64,000 bases of DNA. Source: an uncultured delta proteobacterium (GTDB lineage Bacteria > Desulfobacterota > Desulfobacteria > Desulfobacterales > SpSt-501). The notes below the pieces were generated by a model. That model saw only the letters and a program-made list of their open reading frames with translations. It searched no databases and was not told the DNA's origin. Location: contig CAVQUW010000005.1 of assembly GCA_963716785.1 (NCBI GenBank), positions 1,699 through 65,698 on the forward strand, written 5' to 3'. The translations under genes were made by a program, and so were the position numbers. This document shows positions 40,762-51,543 of this stretch, one piece after another (the first letter of the stretch is position 1; each line of letters starts with the position of its first letter).

Positions 40762-41211
40762 TCAGCGCCGCCTTGCTGACCGAAGCGTCCCGCGGCCGGC
40801 GCTTTCGATGAAGCAGCTGATGAAGACCGTCGCGCCGTCGTCGTTGTCCTCGCCGCACTCGACGACATCATCGTTCACGGTGATGCAGACGCGGTCGAAG
40901 AGGTCGCTTTCGGCGCCGGACCCCGAAATGGAGGTGGCCGCAAAGCGATAGGTGCTGCCCGCGGCCAGGCCGGTGACCCGGTAGTACGGGGCATCGGGAT
41001 CGTCGAGGTCCTCTACGCCGATCTCGTCGATCTTCGTGTAGGCGGAGTCCCCGATGCGCTGGTAGACGCCGTAGGCGCTGACGGACGGATCCGTGCTGGC
41101 GCTCCAGAAAAAAACGAAGTCGGCGGCCTCGAGGCGGGCGAACGACAGCACTCCGCACAGCGCGACCGGGAGGATCAGAGCGGGTTGGAGCCGTTTGAGA
41201 AGATGTCTCAT
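40762..41211 (-). CDS. Secreted fibronectin type III-like domain protein
   Basis: Start MRHLLKRLQPALILPVALCG at 41211. FN3-like region: FFWSASTDPSVSAYGVYQR...YRVTGLAAGSTYRFAATSISGSGAES. The C-terminal tail is acidic and Cys-containing. Confidence 0.6.
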   Translation of the reverse strand: MRHLLKRLQPALILPVALCGVLSFARLEAADFVFFWSASTDPSVSAYGVYQRIGDSAYTKIDEIGVEDLDDPDAPYYRVTGLAAGSTYRFAATSISGSGAESDLFDRVCITVNDDVVECGEDNDDGATVFISCFIESAGRGTLRSARRR

Positions 41212-41410
41212 GATCGTCGCGGCCTTGAGATCGGGTCTTGCGCCCGGCCGCGAAAAAACGCAGGCGACGCGGCCGTGGCGCTGCTTTGTGCAACTCTGCC
41301 ACAAATCCGCACCGGTTGCAAACCGGGACGAGACGGGTCATCATCGCGGATCGCACCCGCGCGGCGGACGGGGTGCAGACCCGTTGCGGGCGCATCGCGC
41401 CCTCTTTGTC

Positions 41411-42981
41411 TCATCCCCCGCCCTTCAGCTTCCGGAGGCGGCCGGCCAGCTCGGTGATCTCGCGGATCTTGAGCCCGAAGCCTGCCGCGAGCATCAGGCC
41501 GGCGAAGAGCGCGCCCACCAGGCTCGCCACGACCAGGCTCCCGAGCAGGCCGGTGGCATCCACCACGGACGTCAGCACCGACCGAAACCCGGCCAGTACC
41601 GGGCCGATGGCGAGGCTCAGAAGCCCGATCTTGAGAGTAAAAGCCGTAGACCTCGGCCTGGCCGGTGTTGCCGCTGCGCCGGTTCCAGAGCATGTAGAGG
41701 ACAAGGGCCTGCAGGATCCCCGAGACCGAGATGGCCAGCGCCACCCCCTTGATGCCCATGAACGCCAGCCCCAGCGGGTAGAGCGGGATGCTCGCCAGGA
41801 CCGCCGCCGAGCCGAAGAGCGCCGGGAAAAGGGTGTCGCGGGTGGCGAAATAGCCGCGCACCACCACCGTGTACGCCGCGAACGCAAAACTGCCGGCCAG
41901 GAGCCACACCAGGACCTCGGCCGTGAGCCGCGTGGCGGCCGGGTCGAAACGGCCGTGCTGGAAGAGGATGCGCACGACCTCGGGGCTCACCACCATGAGC
42001 AGCACGGCCACCGGGATGACCAGCGCCAGGTAGCGCAGGGTCCGGTTCAGCAGCCGGTTCAGCTCCGCCAGGTTGTTTTCGGCCGCCAGGCGGGCCATGA
42101 AGGGGAAGGAGGCCGTGCCCACGGCCTGGCCGAAGATCCCCACCAGGATGAACATCACGCGCAGGCTGAAGTTCAACACCGCGATGCCGCCGGCCGGCAG
42201 GTAGGAGCCGAAAAAGCGGAACAGGAACTCGGTCGAAAACGTCATCGTCAGGCCGACCATCAAGCGGGACGGTGCGGATGACGTATTCCTTCAGATCCGG
42301 GTGCCGCCACCTCCACAGGGGCTGAAACCGCATGCCCACGCGCCGTGCGCCGATCGCCTGCACGAGGAGGTTGCCGCCGAAGGCCCCCGCCAGGACACCC
42401 CAGGCAAAGCCCTCGATCCCCAGCCAGGGCCTGAGCAGGACCCCGCCGGCAATGATCCCCAGGTTGTAGAGGAGGGGGGCCAGGGCCGGCAGGAAGAATC
42501 GTTCGCGGGCGAATTGAACGGCCATGAGCATTCCCCCCGCGAAAAAAAAGATCTGCGCCGGCAGGATGATGCGGGTCATGCGCACGGCCGCGGCCAGCAC
42601 CCCGGGGTCCGACACCCCCGGGGCCGCCAAGGCCACCAGCTGCGGGGCGAATGCGATCGCAACCCCTACCGCCGCCAGCGCCAAGGCGCCGAAGACGCAC
42701 AGGATCACCGAAAATGCCTCCCAGGCGTCCTCCTCGCGGCCGGCCACGGAATGGCGGGTGAAAATCGGGATGAAGGTCACCGACAAAAACCCGCTGGCCA
42801 CCACGTGGTTCAGCACCTCGGGGATGATGAAGGCGATCTGGTAGGCGTCGACCTCGGCCCCGGCCCCGGCCACATAGGCGATGGTCATCTCCCGCAGAAG
42901 CCCGATCACCCGGCTCAGGAAGACCGAGGCCATCATGACGGCGGAGGCGATGCCGACTTTTCTGTAAACCGATTCAGGCAT
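41411..42981 (-). pseudogene. murJ: Lipid II flippase MurJ; frame broken twice (about 42264-42270 and about 41640-41700)
   Basis: Three consecutive frames carry MurJ sequence. They are MPESVYRKVGIASAVMMASVFLSRVIGLLRE...IRTVPL; then MVGLTMTFSTEFLFRFFGSYLPAGGIAVLNFSLRV...; then FTLKIGLLSLAIGPVLAGF.... Confidence 0.9.
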
Positions 42982-43053
42982 GGGGCATGGCGGGGCATAC
43001 GGCGCCCGGTCCGAGGCGCCGGCAGCCGTCGCAGGCGGCGGAAAGGGACCCGA

Positions 43054-43081
43054 CCCTGCGCCCTGCGCCCTGTGCCCTGCA
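43054..43081. repeat. Tandem heptamer repeat (CCCTGYR x4)
   Basis: ccctgcg ccctgcg ccctgtg ccctgca, in the murJ / phosphatidyltransferase divergent intergenic region. Confidence 0.8.
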
Positions 43082-43160
43082 CCTTTCCTCTGTGACCGTC
43101 ACTCTTATCCGAAACCGCTGTCCGCCGTCAACGAAGATCATCCCGGCCGATGGCTGCACC

Positions 43161-43189
43161 TTGACTTTGAACGCCTCTTTCCATATAAG
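43161..43189 (+). promoter_or_regulatory. Sigma-70-like promoter (TTGACT-17 nt-TATAAG)
   Basis: TTGACT is at 43161-43166 and TATAAG at 43184-43189. It lies about 170 nt upstream of ATG 43360. Confidence 0.45.
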
Positions 43190-43262
43190 TAAAGTAGTGT
43201 TCACAAGACCGCAACCCAAAGAGGAACGGAAGGCCCTGAAGCAGGCTGCAGCGGGTCTTCAA

Positions 43263-43286
43263 CCGCAGGGAATGCGGCTTTATTTT
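43263..43286 (+). terminator. Short hairpin plus T-tract in the leader (attenuator or sRNA-end candidate)
   Basis: ccgca-gggaa-tgcgg is followed by ctttatttt. The stem is only 5 bp. Confidence 0.3.
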
Positions 43287-43359
43287 AATGCGCTCGCCAA
43301 CCCTTCCGCCGGCGGCTGGGGGTGAGCTTGCTTTCAAGGTTCAGCCCGCGGTGGCTCAA

Positions 43360-44850
43360 ATGACCCCCAACGCTCGCCTCCCCCAGCAGATCACCGCCGT
43401 TCTGATTTACGGGCGCCTGCCGCTCGTCTTCGGCGGCATGCTCTGCGCGGTGGGCGTCATGTGGAATCAAAGCCCCGTTCTCTACCTGCTGGGGGTAGTC
43501 CTGCTCTTCGTCTCCATGACCTTCGACCTGGTCGACGGGTGGTTCGCGGCACGCTTCCACCCGCACCCCCAGATGGCCCAGCTGGCCGACCGCATCCTCG
43601 ACAAGCTCGTCTATTCGATCATCTTCCCGCTGGTGGCGGCCGGCGCCATGTGGCGGCTGCACTATGTCCTGCCCGACCCCCGCAAGACCGAGCTGCTGCA
43701 CGCGGTCCTGGTCCTCTTCCTGGCCGTGACGGTCCTGGTGCGTGACAATTTCGCCCACTTCATGCGCGGAGTGGCCCGCCGCTTCGACCAGGAGCTCGAG
43801 TACCGCGAACTGACCCGCCTGCGAACCATTGTGGCCGCGCCGGTGGGCGCCCTGCTCTATGCCTACACGTTTTACATCCCCGACGGCCCCGATTCCATCG
43901 TCTACGGCTGGGTCTCCCAGCTGGGCAACGCCCCGCTGCGCACGCTGTTTTTCATCGAAATCATCTTCCTGGTCATCAACTTCGCCTCGATCGCCGGTTA
44001 CATCCGCAAATACGGGGCCTTGTGCCTCGATGACCTCTGCCTCGGCAACGAGCGCCTGCGACGCCGGATCCTGGCCGTCTTCCCGAATGCCCTGACCGTG
44101 ATGAACGCCATGATGGGGCTTCTGGCGGTGTTCTTCGCCTACCAGGACCGCATCCGGGAGGCCTCGGTGCTGCTGATCGGGGCCGCCATCTTCGACAAGC
44201 TCGACGGCACCCTGGCCCGCAGGCTCGGGCTGACCGAACCGATCCCCGGCGAGCAACGGCGCGCGGGCGCGGTCAGCCTGGGCGGGCTGCTCGACGACAT
44301 CTCCGACGGCATCAGCTTCTGCATCGCCCCGGCCTGGATCTTCTACCTCCTGATGTCGGATGTCCCCAGCCCGGCGGTCCAGCAGCTTCCCTACGGCTGG
44401 GTGGCGACGGCATATGCCCTGGCCGGCATCGCCCGTCTGGTGTATTTCACCCTCGACAAATCGCCGATCCCCGGTTTTTTCAAGGGGATGCCCTCCCCCG
44501 CCGCCGCCCTGCTGGTCATGGGGCCGATGATCATCCTCAGCCAGGAGATCGGTGATCCTTCCGGGGGGGTTGGTTTTTGGGCCGTTTTCTCTTTTGTCCT
44601 GATGATCGCCACGGCCACCTTGATGAACATCTATCCCCTCCGCTACCTGCATGCCGGGCGGTTCATGAGCCGGCACCCCTGGTTCGCCCGGTCGACCCTG
44701 CTGATGCTCTGTTCGATCTTCACGCCCTTTTACGGGTACGTCTTTCTGCTGCTCATGCTGCTCTACACCCTCTCCCCGCTGGTCACGTGGCGGATCGATC
44801 CTGGAGATGCCGCCCGCGAGACCCGCGCCAAGCCCGCCGGCAGGCATTAG
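43360..44850 (+). CDS. Tandem (double) CDP-alcohol phosphatidyltransferase-family membrane protein
   Basis: There are two signature regions: DLVDGWFAAR...ADRILDK and DKLDGTLARR...GGLLDDISDG. The protein is polytopic. The start is taken as ATG 43360. Confidence 0.75.
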   Translation: MTPNARLPQQITAVLIYGRLPLVFGGMLCAVGVMWNQSPVLYLLGVVLLFVSMTFDLVDGWFAARFHPHPQMAQLADRILDKLVYSIIFPLVAAGAMWRLHYVLPDPRKTELLHAVLVLFLAVTVLVRDNFAHFMRGVARRFDQELEYRELTRLRTIVAAPVGALLYAYTFYIPDGPDSIVYGWVSQLGNAPLRTLFFIEIIFLVINFASIAGYIRKYGALCLDDLCLGNERLRRRILAVFPNALTVMNAMMGLLAVFFAYQDRIREASVLLIGAAIFDKLDGTLARRLGLTEPIPGEQRRAGAVSLGGLLDDISDGISFCIAPAWIFYLLMSDVPSPAVQQLPYGWVATAYALAGIARLVYFTLDKSPIPGFFKGMPSPAAALLVMGPMIILSQEIGDPSGGVGFWAVFSFVLMIATATLMNIYPLRYLHAGRFMSRHPWFARSTLLMLCSIFTPFYGYVFLLLMLLYTLSPLVTWRIDPGDAARETRAKPAGRH

Positions 44851-45037
44851 GTTCCGAGGCAAACCACGGCCCCGCAAAGTCCGCCCACGGTGCCGCAACC
44901 GCCCGCCTCTTGTCAGACCTTCCAAATTGCATTAAATATAGCGGTGCCGCGTGGTCGGCAGGGACAAGAGGTCCCGTTCACTGAATCCGCAATACCGCCA
45001 ACCGAAAAATCGATCTTGCCAGCCGGCGGAGGCTCAT

Positions 45038-48000
45038 ATGGAAGTGGTTCAAAAAGCGTTGGGGATCTGCCTGGGGGCGTCCACCGTCTCCCTGGTGGAA
45101 TTGGAGCGGGCCCGCACCGAAACCGGTCACGGGCGGCCCCGCATCGTCCGCCACGCGCTGCACGTCCACGAGGGGGACCCCAAGCGCACCCTCATCCGGG
45201 CCCTGAACGAGTGGGACATCGCCGCATTCGAGCGTATCGCCGCCACCGGCCGCAAGTTCCGGCGCTTCGTCAACCTGACCTCCATCCCGGAGCCGGAAGC
45301 GGTCGAGCACGCCTACCCCTTTCTGAAGCCCGCTGGGGTCGACTGCCCGGCGGTGGTCTCGGCCGGCGGGGAGACCTTCATGGTCTACGTTCTCGACCGC
45401 TCCGGGCGCATCGCCAACGTCGTCACGGGCAACAAGTGCGCCTCCGGGACCGGGGAGTTCTTTCTGCAGCAGCTGCGCCGCATGGACGTGAGCCTGGAGG
45501 AAGCCGCCCAGTGGGCGGCGGAGGAGCACCCGCACCACGTGTCCGGCCGCTGCTCCGTGTTCTGCAAGTCGGACTGCACGCACGCCACGAACAAGGGGGT
45601 CCCCCGCTCCCAGGTCTCCGCCGGCCTCTGCCGCATGATGGCCGGCAAGATCCTCGAACTGCTCAAGAAGGTCGAACGCCGCAACATCATGGTCGTGGGC
45701 GGCACGGCCCGCAACCGGACCATGGTCACCTACCTGCGCCGGGAGATCCCCGGGCTGCTGGTGCCCGCGGAGGCGCCCTTTTTCGAGGCCCTCGGCGCCG
45801 CCCTGTGGGCCTTCGAACACGAGACCGCCCCGTTCCCGGGATTCGACGCCCTCTTCGTGCCGGGCGCGGCCTCCTTCGACAGCCTGCCGCCGCTGTCGGA
45901 TTTCAGCCGGCCAGGTGGAGTTCAAGACCATCGAACGGGGTGCCGTGCGCGCCGGGGACGACTGCCTCCTCGGCCTCGATGTGGGCTCCACGACCACCAA
46001 GGCGGTCCTGATGCGCCGCGGGGACCACGCCCTGCTGGCCTCGGTCTACCTGCGCACCAACGGGGACCCGGTGGGCGCCTCGCGCCGCTGCTACCGGGAA
46101 ATCCTCGATCAGGTGCGCCGCGAGACGGACCCGGCCGGGATCCGGATCGCGGGGCTGGGGGTGTGCGGTTCGGGCCGCCAGATCGCCGGGCTGCACGCCT
46201 TGACCGACGGGGTCATCAACGAGATCATCGCCCACGCCACCGCGGCGGTGTACTTCGACCCCGAGGTGGACACCATCTTCGAAATCGGCGGCCAGGACGC
46301 CAAGTACACCTACATCACCAACGGCGTGCCCTCGGACTACGCCATGAACGAGGCCTGTTCGGCCGGCACCGGCTCGTTTCTGGAGGAATCGGCCTTCGAA
46401 ACCCTGGGCGTGCGCATGGAGGAGATCGCCGCGATCGCCCTCAAGGGGCGTCAGCCGCCCAACTTCAACGACCAGTGCGCGGCCTTCATCGCCTCGGACA
46501 TCAAGAACGCCATCCACGAGGGGGTGGCCCACGAGGACATCGTCGCCGGGCTGGTGTACTCGATCTGCATGAACTACGCGAACCGCGTCAAAGGCAACCG
46601 GCCGGTGGGGACGAAGGTCTTCATGCAGGGCGGGGTGTGCTACAACCGCGCCGTGCCCCTGGCCATGGCCTCCCTGGTCGGCAAGCCCATCATCGTCCCG
46701 CCGGAGCCCGGCCTGATGGGCGCCTTCGGCGTCGCCCTGGAGGTCCAGAAACGGATCGAGTCCGGCCTGATCGCCGAGCAGGCCTTCGATCTGGCGGCCC
46801 TGGCCGACCGCGAGGTGGTCACCGGCAAGTCCTTCACCTGCAAGGGCGGCAAGGAACGCTGCGACCGGCGCTGCCCGATCGCCGTGATCGAGGTGGAGGG
46901 GAAGAAATACCCGTTCGGCGGGGCCTGCAACCGCTACACCAACATCCGCCACAACACCCGGGTCGACGCCGGCCGGCTCGACCTGGTGCGGCTGCGCCAG
47001 AAGCTTGTCTTCGAAACCCACGGCGCGGCCCCGCGCGCCGGGAACGAGTCGGGTACAAGACCCCGGGTGGGGTTCAACCGCAGCTTTCTCGTCAACACCT
47101 ACTACCCGCTCTACTCCCGGTTTTTCGCCCAACTCGGGTTCGACCCGGTCCTGCCCGGAGCAGCCCTCCGCGGCGGGCATCGACCGGCGCGGCGCGCCGT
47201 TCTGCTACCCGGTCGAGCTGGCCCACGGGTTTTTCCACACCCTGCTCGAATCCGGGCACCCGCCCGAGTTCCTGTTCTTGCCCCATTTCAAGGCCGTCCC
47301 CAACATCGGGAACGGGACGAGCTCCCAGTCCCAGGTCTGCCCGCTGGTCCAGGGGGAGACCTTCTACCTGCGCAGCGCCTTCCGCCGGGAAATCGAGGCC
47401 CTCACCCGCCGCGGCACGCGCCTGCTGACCCCGCTGATCGATCTCACCGCCGGGATCGAGGCCGCCGAGGAGGCCCTGGTCAAGACGGCCCGGGACATGG
47501 GTCACCGCCGGCGGGACGCCCGCGAGGCCTTCGCGTACGCCCTGAAGCAGCAGCGCGACTGCATGGCCGACATGCGGCAGGCCGGACGCCGGCTGCTGGA
47601 GGAACTGGAGGCTGACCCCGCGAAGATCGCCGTGGTGATCTTCTCCCGGGCGTACAGCGGCCTGGTCCCCGAGGCCAACATGGGCATCCCCCACAAGTTC
47701 GCCTCGCGCGGCATCCCGGTGCTGCCGCTCGACTTCCTCGACCTCGACCCGGAACGCTCCAAGCGCCACATGTACTGGGGCACGGGGCAGCTGGTCATGA
47801 AAGCCGCCCGGCTGGTCGAGCGGCACCCCCAGCTGTTCGGCACCTTCATCACCAACTTCTCCTGCGGGCCGGACTCATTCGTCATCGGCTATTTCCGGGA
47901 CATCATGGGCCGCAAGCCGTCCCTGACGCTCGAGCTGGACAGCCACACGGCCGATGCCGGCCTCGAAACCCGCGTGGAGGCCTTTCTCGACATCGTCCAG

Positions 48001-49428
48001 GCCTACCGGCAGCTCGTGGCCCGGCGGCTGATCCCCCCCCGGCGCTCCGCCTTCACCCCGGCCCGCATGCTGATGACCAACAACAGCGCCCAGGTCGTCT
48101 CCTCCGCCGGCGAAACCCTGCCCTTGACCGACCCGCGGGTGACCGTGCTGATCCCCTCGATGGGGAAAGTCGGCACCGAGGCGTTCGCCGCCGTGCTGCG
48201 GGGCTATGGGTTGAACGCCCGGGCGCACCGTGAAAACGACGAGGCCATCCTCAAACTCGGGCGTGCCAACACCTCCTGCAAGGAGTGCCTGCCGCTGATC
48301 CTGACCACCGGCACCCTGCTCGGCTACATCAACAACGGCAAGCGGCCGGACGAGGTCCTGGTCTACTTCATGCCGACCGGCTCCGGGCCCTGCCGTTTCG
48401 GCCAGTACTACGTGTTCATGGAAGATCTGATCCGCCGCCTCGAGATCCCGAACGTGGCGCTGCTGGCCCTCTCCTCGGACAACTCCTACGTCGGCATGGA
48501 CAAGCACTTCGAGCGCCACGCCTGGTGGGCGGTGGTGGTCTCGGACGTCATGGAGGACATCCGCTCGATGCTCCTGGCGGCGGCCGTCGACCCGGGGGCC
48601 GCCATGCAGGCCTACGAGGAGGAGTGGCGCGGCATCCTGCTCGCCATGGAAAAGGGCGACTTCGACGTCCTGACGGCCCAGCTCGCGACCTGCGCCGAAC
48701 GCCTGCGCACCATCCCCCTGAAACGTGCGCCGCGGAGCGTTCCGACCGTCACCCTCTGCGGGGAGATCTTCGTGCGCCGCGACGCCCTCTCGCGCCAGTA
48801 CCTGACCGAACGGCTGGCCGAGAAGGGCTTCGCCAGCCTGTGCGCACCGGTGGCCGAGTGGGTCCACTACTGCAACTACATGGTCGACAAGGGGTACAAC
48901 CAGGAGAACGTGTCCACCGTCCAGCACCTGAAGCTCAAGCTGCGCAATTTCTTTCAGGCGCGCTACGAGCGGCGGATCAAGACCATCCTGGCGCGCTCGG
49001 GCCTGATCGAAGCCCACACGACCGAGGTGGGCGAGCTCATCCGCCACGCACGCCCGCACATCTCGCCCGATCTTCCCGGCGAGGCCGTCCTGACCGTGGG
49101 CGGGGCCATGGCCGAGATCGCCACCCGCTCCTGCGGGGTGATCGCCATCGGTCCCTTCGGCTGCATGCCGAACCGGCTCTCCGAGGCGCTCTTGAGCGAA
49201 GTCATGACGGCCCGCGAAAAGCTGGCGGCCAGCCCGGGGAGCGCTGCGCTGCGGTCGGTGCTGACCGACATCGACGAGCTGCCCTTTCTGGCGATCGAAA
49301 GCGACGGCTCGCCCTTCCCGCAGCTGATCCACGCCAAGCTCGAAACCTTCATGCTGCGGGCCGAGCGCATGCACCGACGCATGCAGAACCCCAGCAACCG
49401 CACACAGGTGAGCGCCGATGAGTCCTGA
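45038..49428 (+). pseudogene. Giant BadF/BadG/BcrA/BcrD-type double ATPase fused to 2-hydroxyacyl-CoA-dehydratase-like domains ('CoA-substrate-specific enzyme activase' type); frame broken twice (about 45880-45915 and 47154-47156)
   Basis: GGAGG precedes ATG 45038. ATPase 1: GICLGASTVSLV...GNKCASGTGEFF...VVGGTARN. ATPase 2 (next frame): LGLDVGSTTTKAV...EIGGQDAKY...NEACSAGTGSFLE...MQGGVCYN. The third frame carries the dehydratase-like part (...CYPVELAHGFF...NFSCGPDSF...GSGPCRFGQYY...IGPFGCMPN). Confidence 0.8.
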
Positions 49429-50752
49429 GAAAAAAGCCGTCTGGGGCTGGGCCCTCTACGACTGGGCCAACTCCGCTTTCGCCACCACCGTGATGGCCGG
49501 TTTCTTCCCGGTGTTTTTCAAGCAGTACTGGAGCTACGGCACGGACGTCAACCTGAGCACGGCCCAGCTCGGCTTCGGCAATTCCATCGCCAGCATGCTG
49601 ATGGCGCTGGTGGCGCCGGTGCTGGGCGCGATGGCCGACCGCGGCTCGCTGAAGAAGAAGTTTCTGATCGGCTTCGCCTACCTGGGCGCCCTGTCCACCG
49701 CCGGGCTGTTCCTGGTGGGAAAAGGGCAGTGGGCGCTGGCGATCTTCGTCTACGTCATGGGGCTGATCGGCTTCACCGGCGCGAACATCTTCTACGATGC
49801 CCTGCTGCCGCGAGTGGCGACGAAGGAGCGCATCGACACCGTCTCGAGCCTGGGCTATTCCATGGGGTATCTGGGCGGCGGGCTGCTCTTTTTGCTCAAC
49901 GTCGTCATGACGCTCTACCCCCAGGCATTCGGACTGTCGGACGCCGCCGCTGCGGTGCGGCTCTCATTCATCACGGTGGCGGTGTGGTGGGGCGGGTTCA
50001 CGCTCTTCACGATCGCGTGGGTCCCCGAGGAGAAACAGGCGGCCCCCGCCGTCGCCGGCGGCCTGATTGGGGCGGGGTTTCGCCAGCTGGCCGGGACCTT
50101 CCGGAAAATCCGCCACCTCAAGACGGTTTCCATCTTCCTGCTGGCCTACTGGTGCTACATCGACGGGGTCGACACCATCATCCGCATGGCGGTCGACTAC
50201 GGGTTGTCATTGGGGTTCGAGTCCACCGCGCTGATCGTGGCGCTGTTGATCGTGCAGTTCGTGGGCTTTCCGGCCGCCCTGGTGTTCGGCCGGCTCGGGC
50301 AGCGCTGGGGGGTGCGCAAGGCCATCTACCTCGCTATCGCGGTGTACATGGCCATCACCGTCTGGGGCAGCATGATGACCAGCCAGTCCGAGTTCTACAT
50401 CCTGGCCGTCGTCATCGGCTGCGTGCAGGGCGGGATCCAGGCCTCGAGCCGCTCCTACTACTCGCGGCTGATCCCCGCCGACAAACCGGCCGAGTTTTAC
50501 GGGTTCTACAACATGCTCGGCAAGTTCGCCGCGATCGTCGGCCCGGCCCTGATGGGGACCGTGGGGCTGGTGGTGCGCCGCAGCCTCATGCCCGCCGCGC
50601 CGAGCCCCGAGCAAGTGCTCCAGATCGGGCACCTCGCCTCCCGCTGGAGCATCGCCTCGATCCTCGTCCTCTTCCTCGCCGGGGCCGTCCTGTTCTATTT
50701 CGTGGATGAGGAGGAGGGCCGGCGGCAGGCCGCCAAGCTTTCCGGGGACTGA
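49418..50752 (+). CDS. MFS transporter, UMF1/Atg22-like family
   Basis: MSPEKKAVWGWALYDWANSAFATTVMAGFFPVFFK... with 12 predicted TM. It overlaps the upstream gene by 11 nt. Confidence 0.8.
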   Translation: MSPEKKAVWGWALYDWANSAFATTVMAGFFPVFFKQYWSYGTDVNLSTAQLGFGNSIASMLMALVAPVLGAMADRGSLKKKFLIGFAYLGALSTAGLFLVGKGQWALAIFVYVMGLIGFTGANIFYDALLPRVATKERIDTVSSLGYSMGYLGGGLLFLLNVVMTLYPQAFGLSDAAAAVRLSFITVAVWWGGFTLFTIAWVPEEKQAAPAVAGGLIGAGFRQLAGTFRKIRHLKTVSIFLLAYWCYIDGVDTIIRMAVDYGLSLGFESTALIVALLIVQFVGFPAALVFGRLGQRWGVRKAIYLAIAVYMAITVWGSMMTSQSEFYILAVVIGCVQGGIQASSRSYYSRLIPADKPAEFYGFYNMLGKFAAIVGPALMGTVGLVVRRSLMPAAPSPEQVLQIGHLASRWSIASILVLFLAGAVLFYFVDEEEGRRQAAKLSGD

Positions 50753-51543
50753 CACCGCCGGATCAGGGCCTGCAGCAGGGCGGCGTGGTTGGAGAAGATC
50801 CACTCGACCCCGCGATTCAGCTCGCGGAAGAGGCAGTTGCGCGAACGGGGGTAGCCGGTTCCGACCCGCTGCCCCGCCCGGTGGTGGCGTGCGATGGCCG
50901 CGGCGCCGACGAGGGTGTAATGACCGGCGACGCCGCCGTAGCCTTTCTTGAGCGCCAGACGGCTCAGATCACCGAAGTTCAGGCGGGCGACGGGGATGAA
51001 CACCGGTGCGGGGGCAAAACGGATCCGGGGGAAAACGGCGGGCTCCAGGCTGAGGAAGTGGTAATCCCGGCCGGGCTCCAGAGACGCGAACAGTTCGGCC
51101 AGGATGCGGTTCTGGCGCTCGGGCGCATGCCATGCCGACGCCTTGACTTCCACCATCAGGTGGACCCGGCCGCCGAAGCGCGCGATCACCTCCGCCAGCG
51201 TCGGCACCCGCGGGCACTGCCGCGCCAACTCGCCCGCAGCGGTTTCGGCCACCAGCGTCGGCAGACCGAAGACCCGGCTCAAACCCGGGTCGTGGATGAC
51301 GACCGGGCAGAGGTCCTTCGTCCAGCGGATGTCGAGCTCGATCCCCCAGACGCCGGAGGCGGCCGCCGCGTCGAAGGCGGCCATCGTGTTCTCGAAAACC
51401 CGGCGGTTGTCGTGCTCGCCCCGGTGGGAGATCAGCTTGCAGGCATCGAGCCGTCCGGCATCGGGAAGCGGCTGGGGGACCCGGGCGGAAACCGAGTCCA
51501 CCAGCGGCAGCAGCAGGTTTTCCAATCGATCGACGAGACTCAT
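50695..51543 (-). CDS. Glycerophosphodiester phosphodiesterase-family protein
   Basis: Contains ISHRGEHDNRRVFENTMAAF...GIELDIRWTKDLCPVVIHD. The 3' end overlaps the MFS gene convergently by 58 nt, so the C-terminus is uncertain. Confidence 0.75.
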   Translation of the reverse strand: MSLVDRLENLLLPLVDSVSARVPQPLPDAGRLDACKLISHRGEHDNRRVFENTMAAFDAAAASGVWGIELDIRWTKDLCPVVIHDPGLSRVFGLPTLVAETAAGELARQCPRVPTLAEVIARFGGRVHLMVEVKASAWHAPERQNRILAELFASLEPGRDYHFLSLEPAVFPRIRFAPAPVFIPVARLNFGDLSRLALKKGYGGVAGHYTLVGAAAIARHHRAGQRVGTGYPRSRNCLFRELNRGVEWIFSNHAALLQALIRRCQSPESLAACRRPSSSSTK

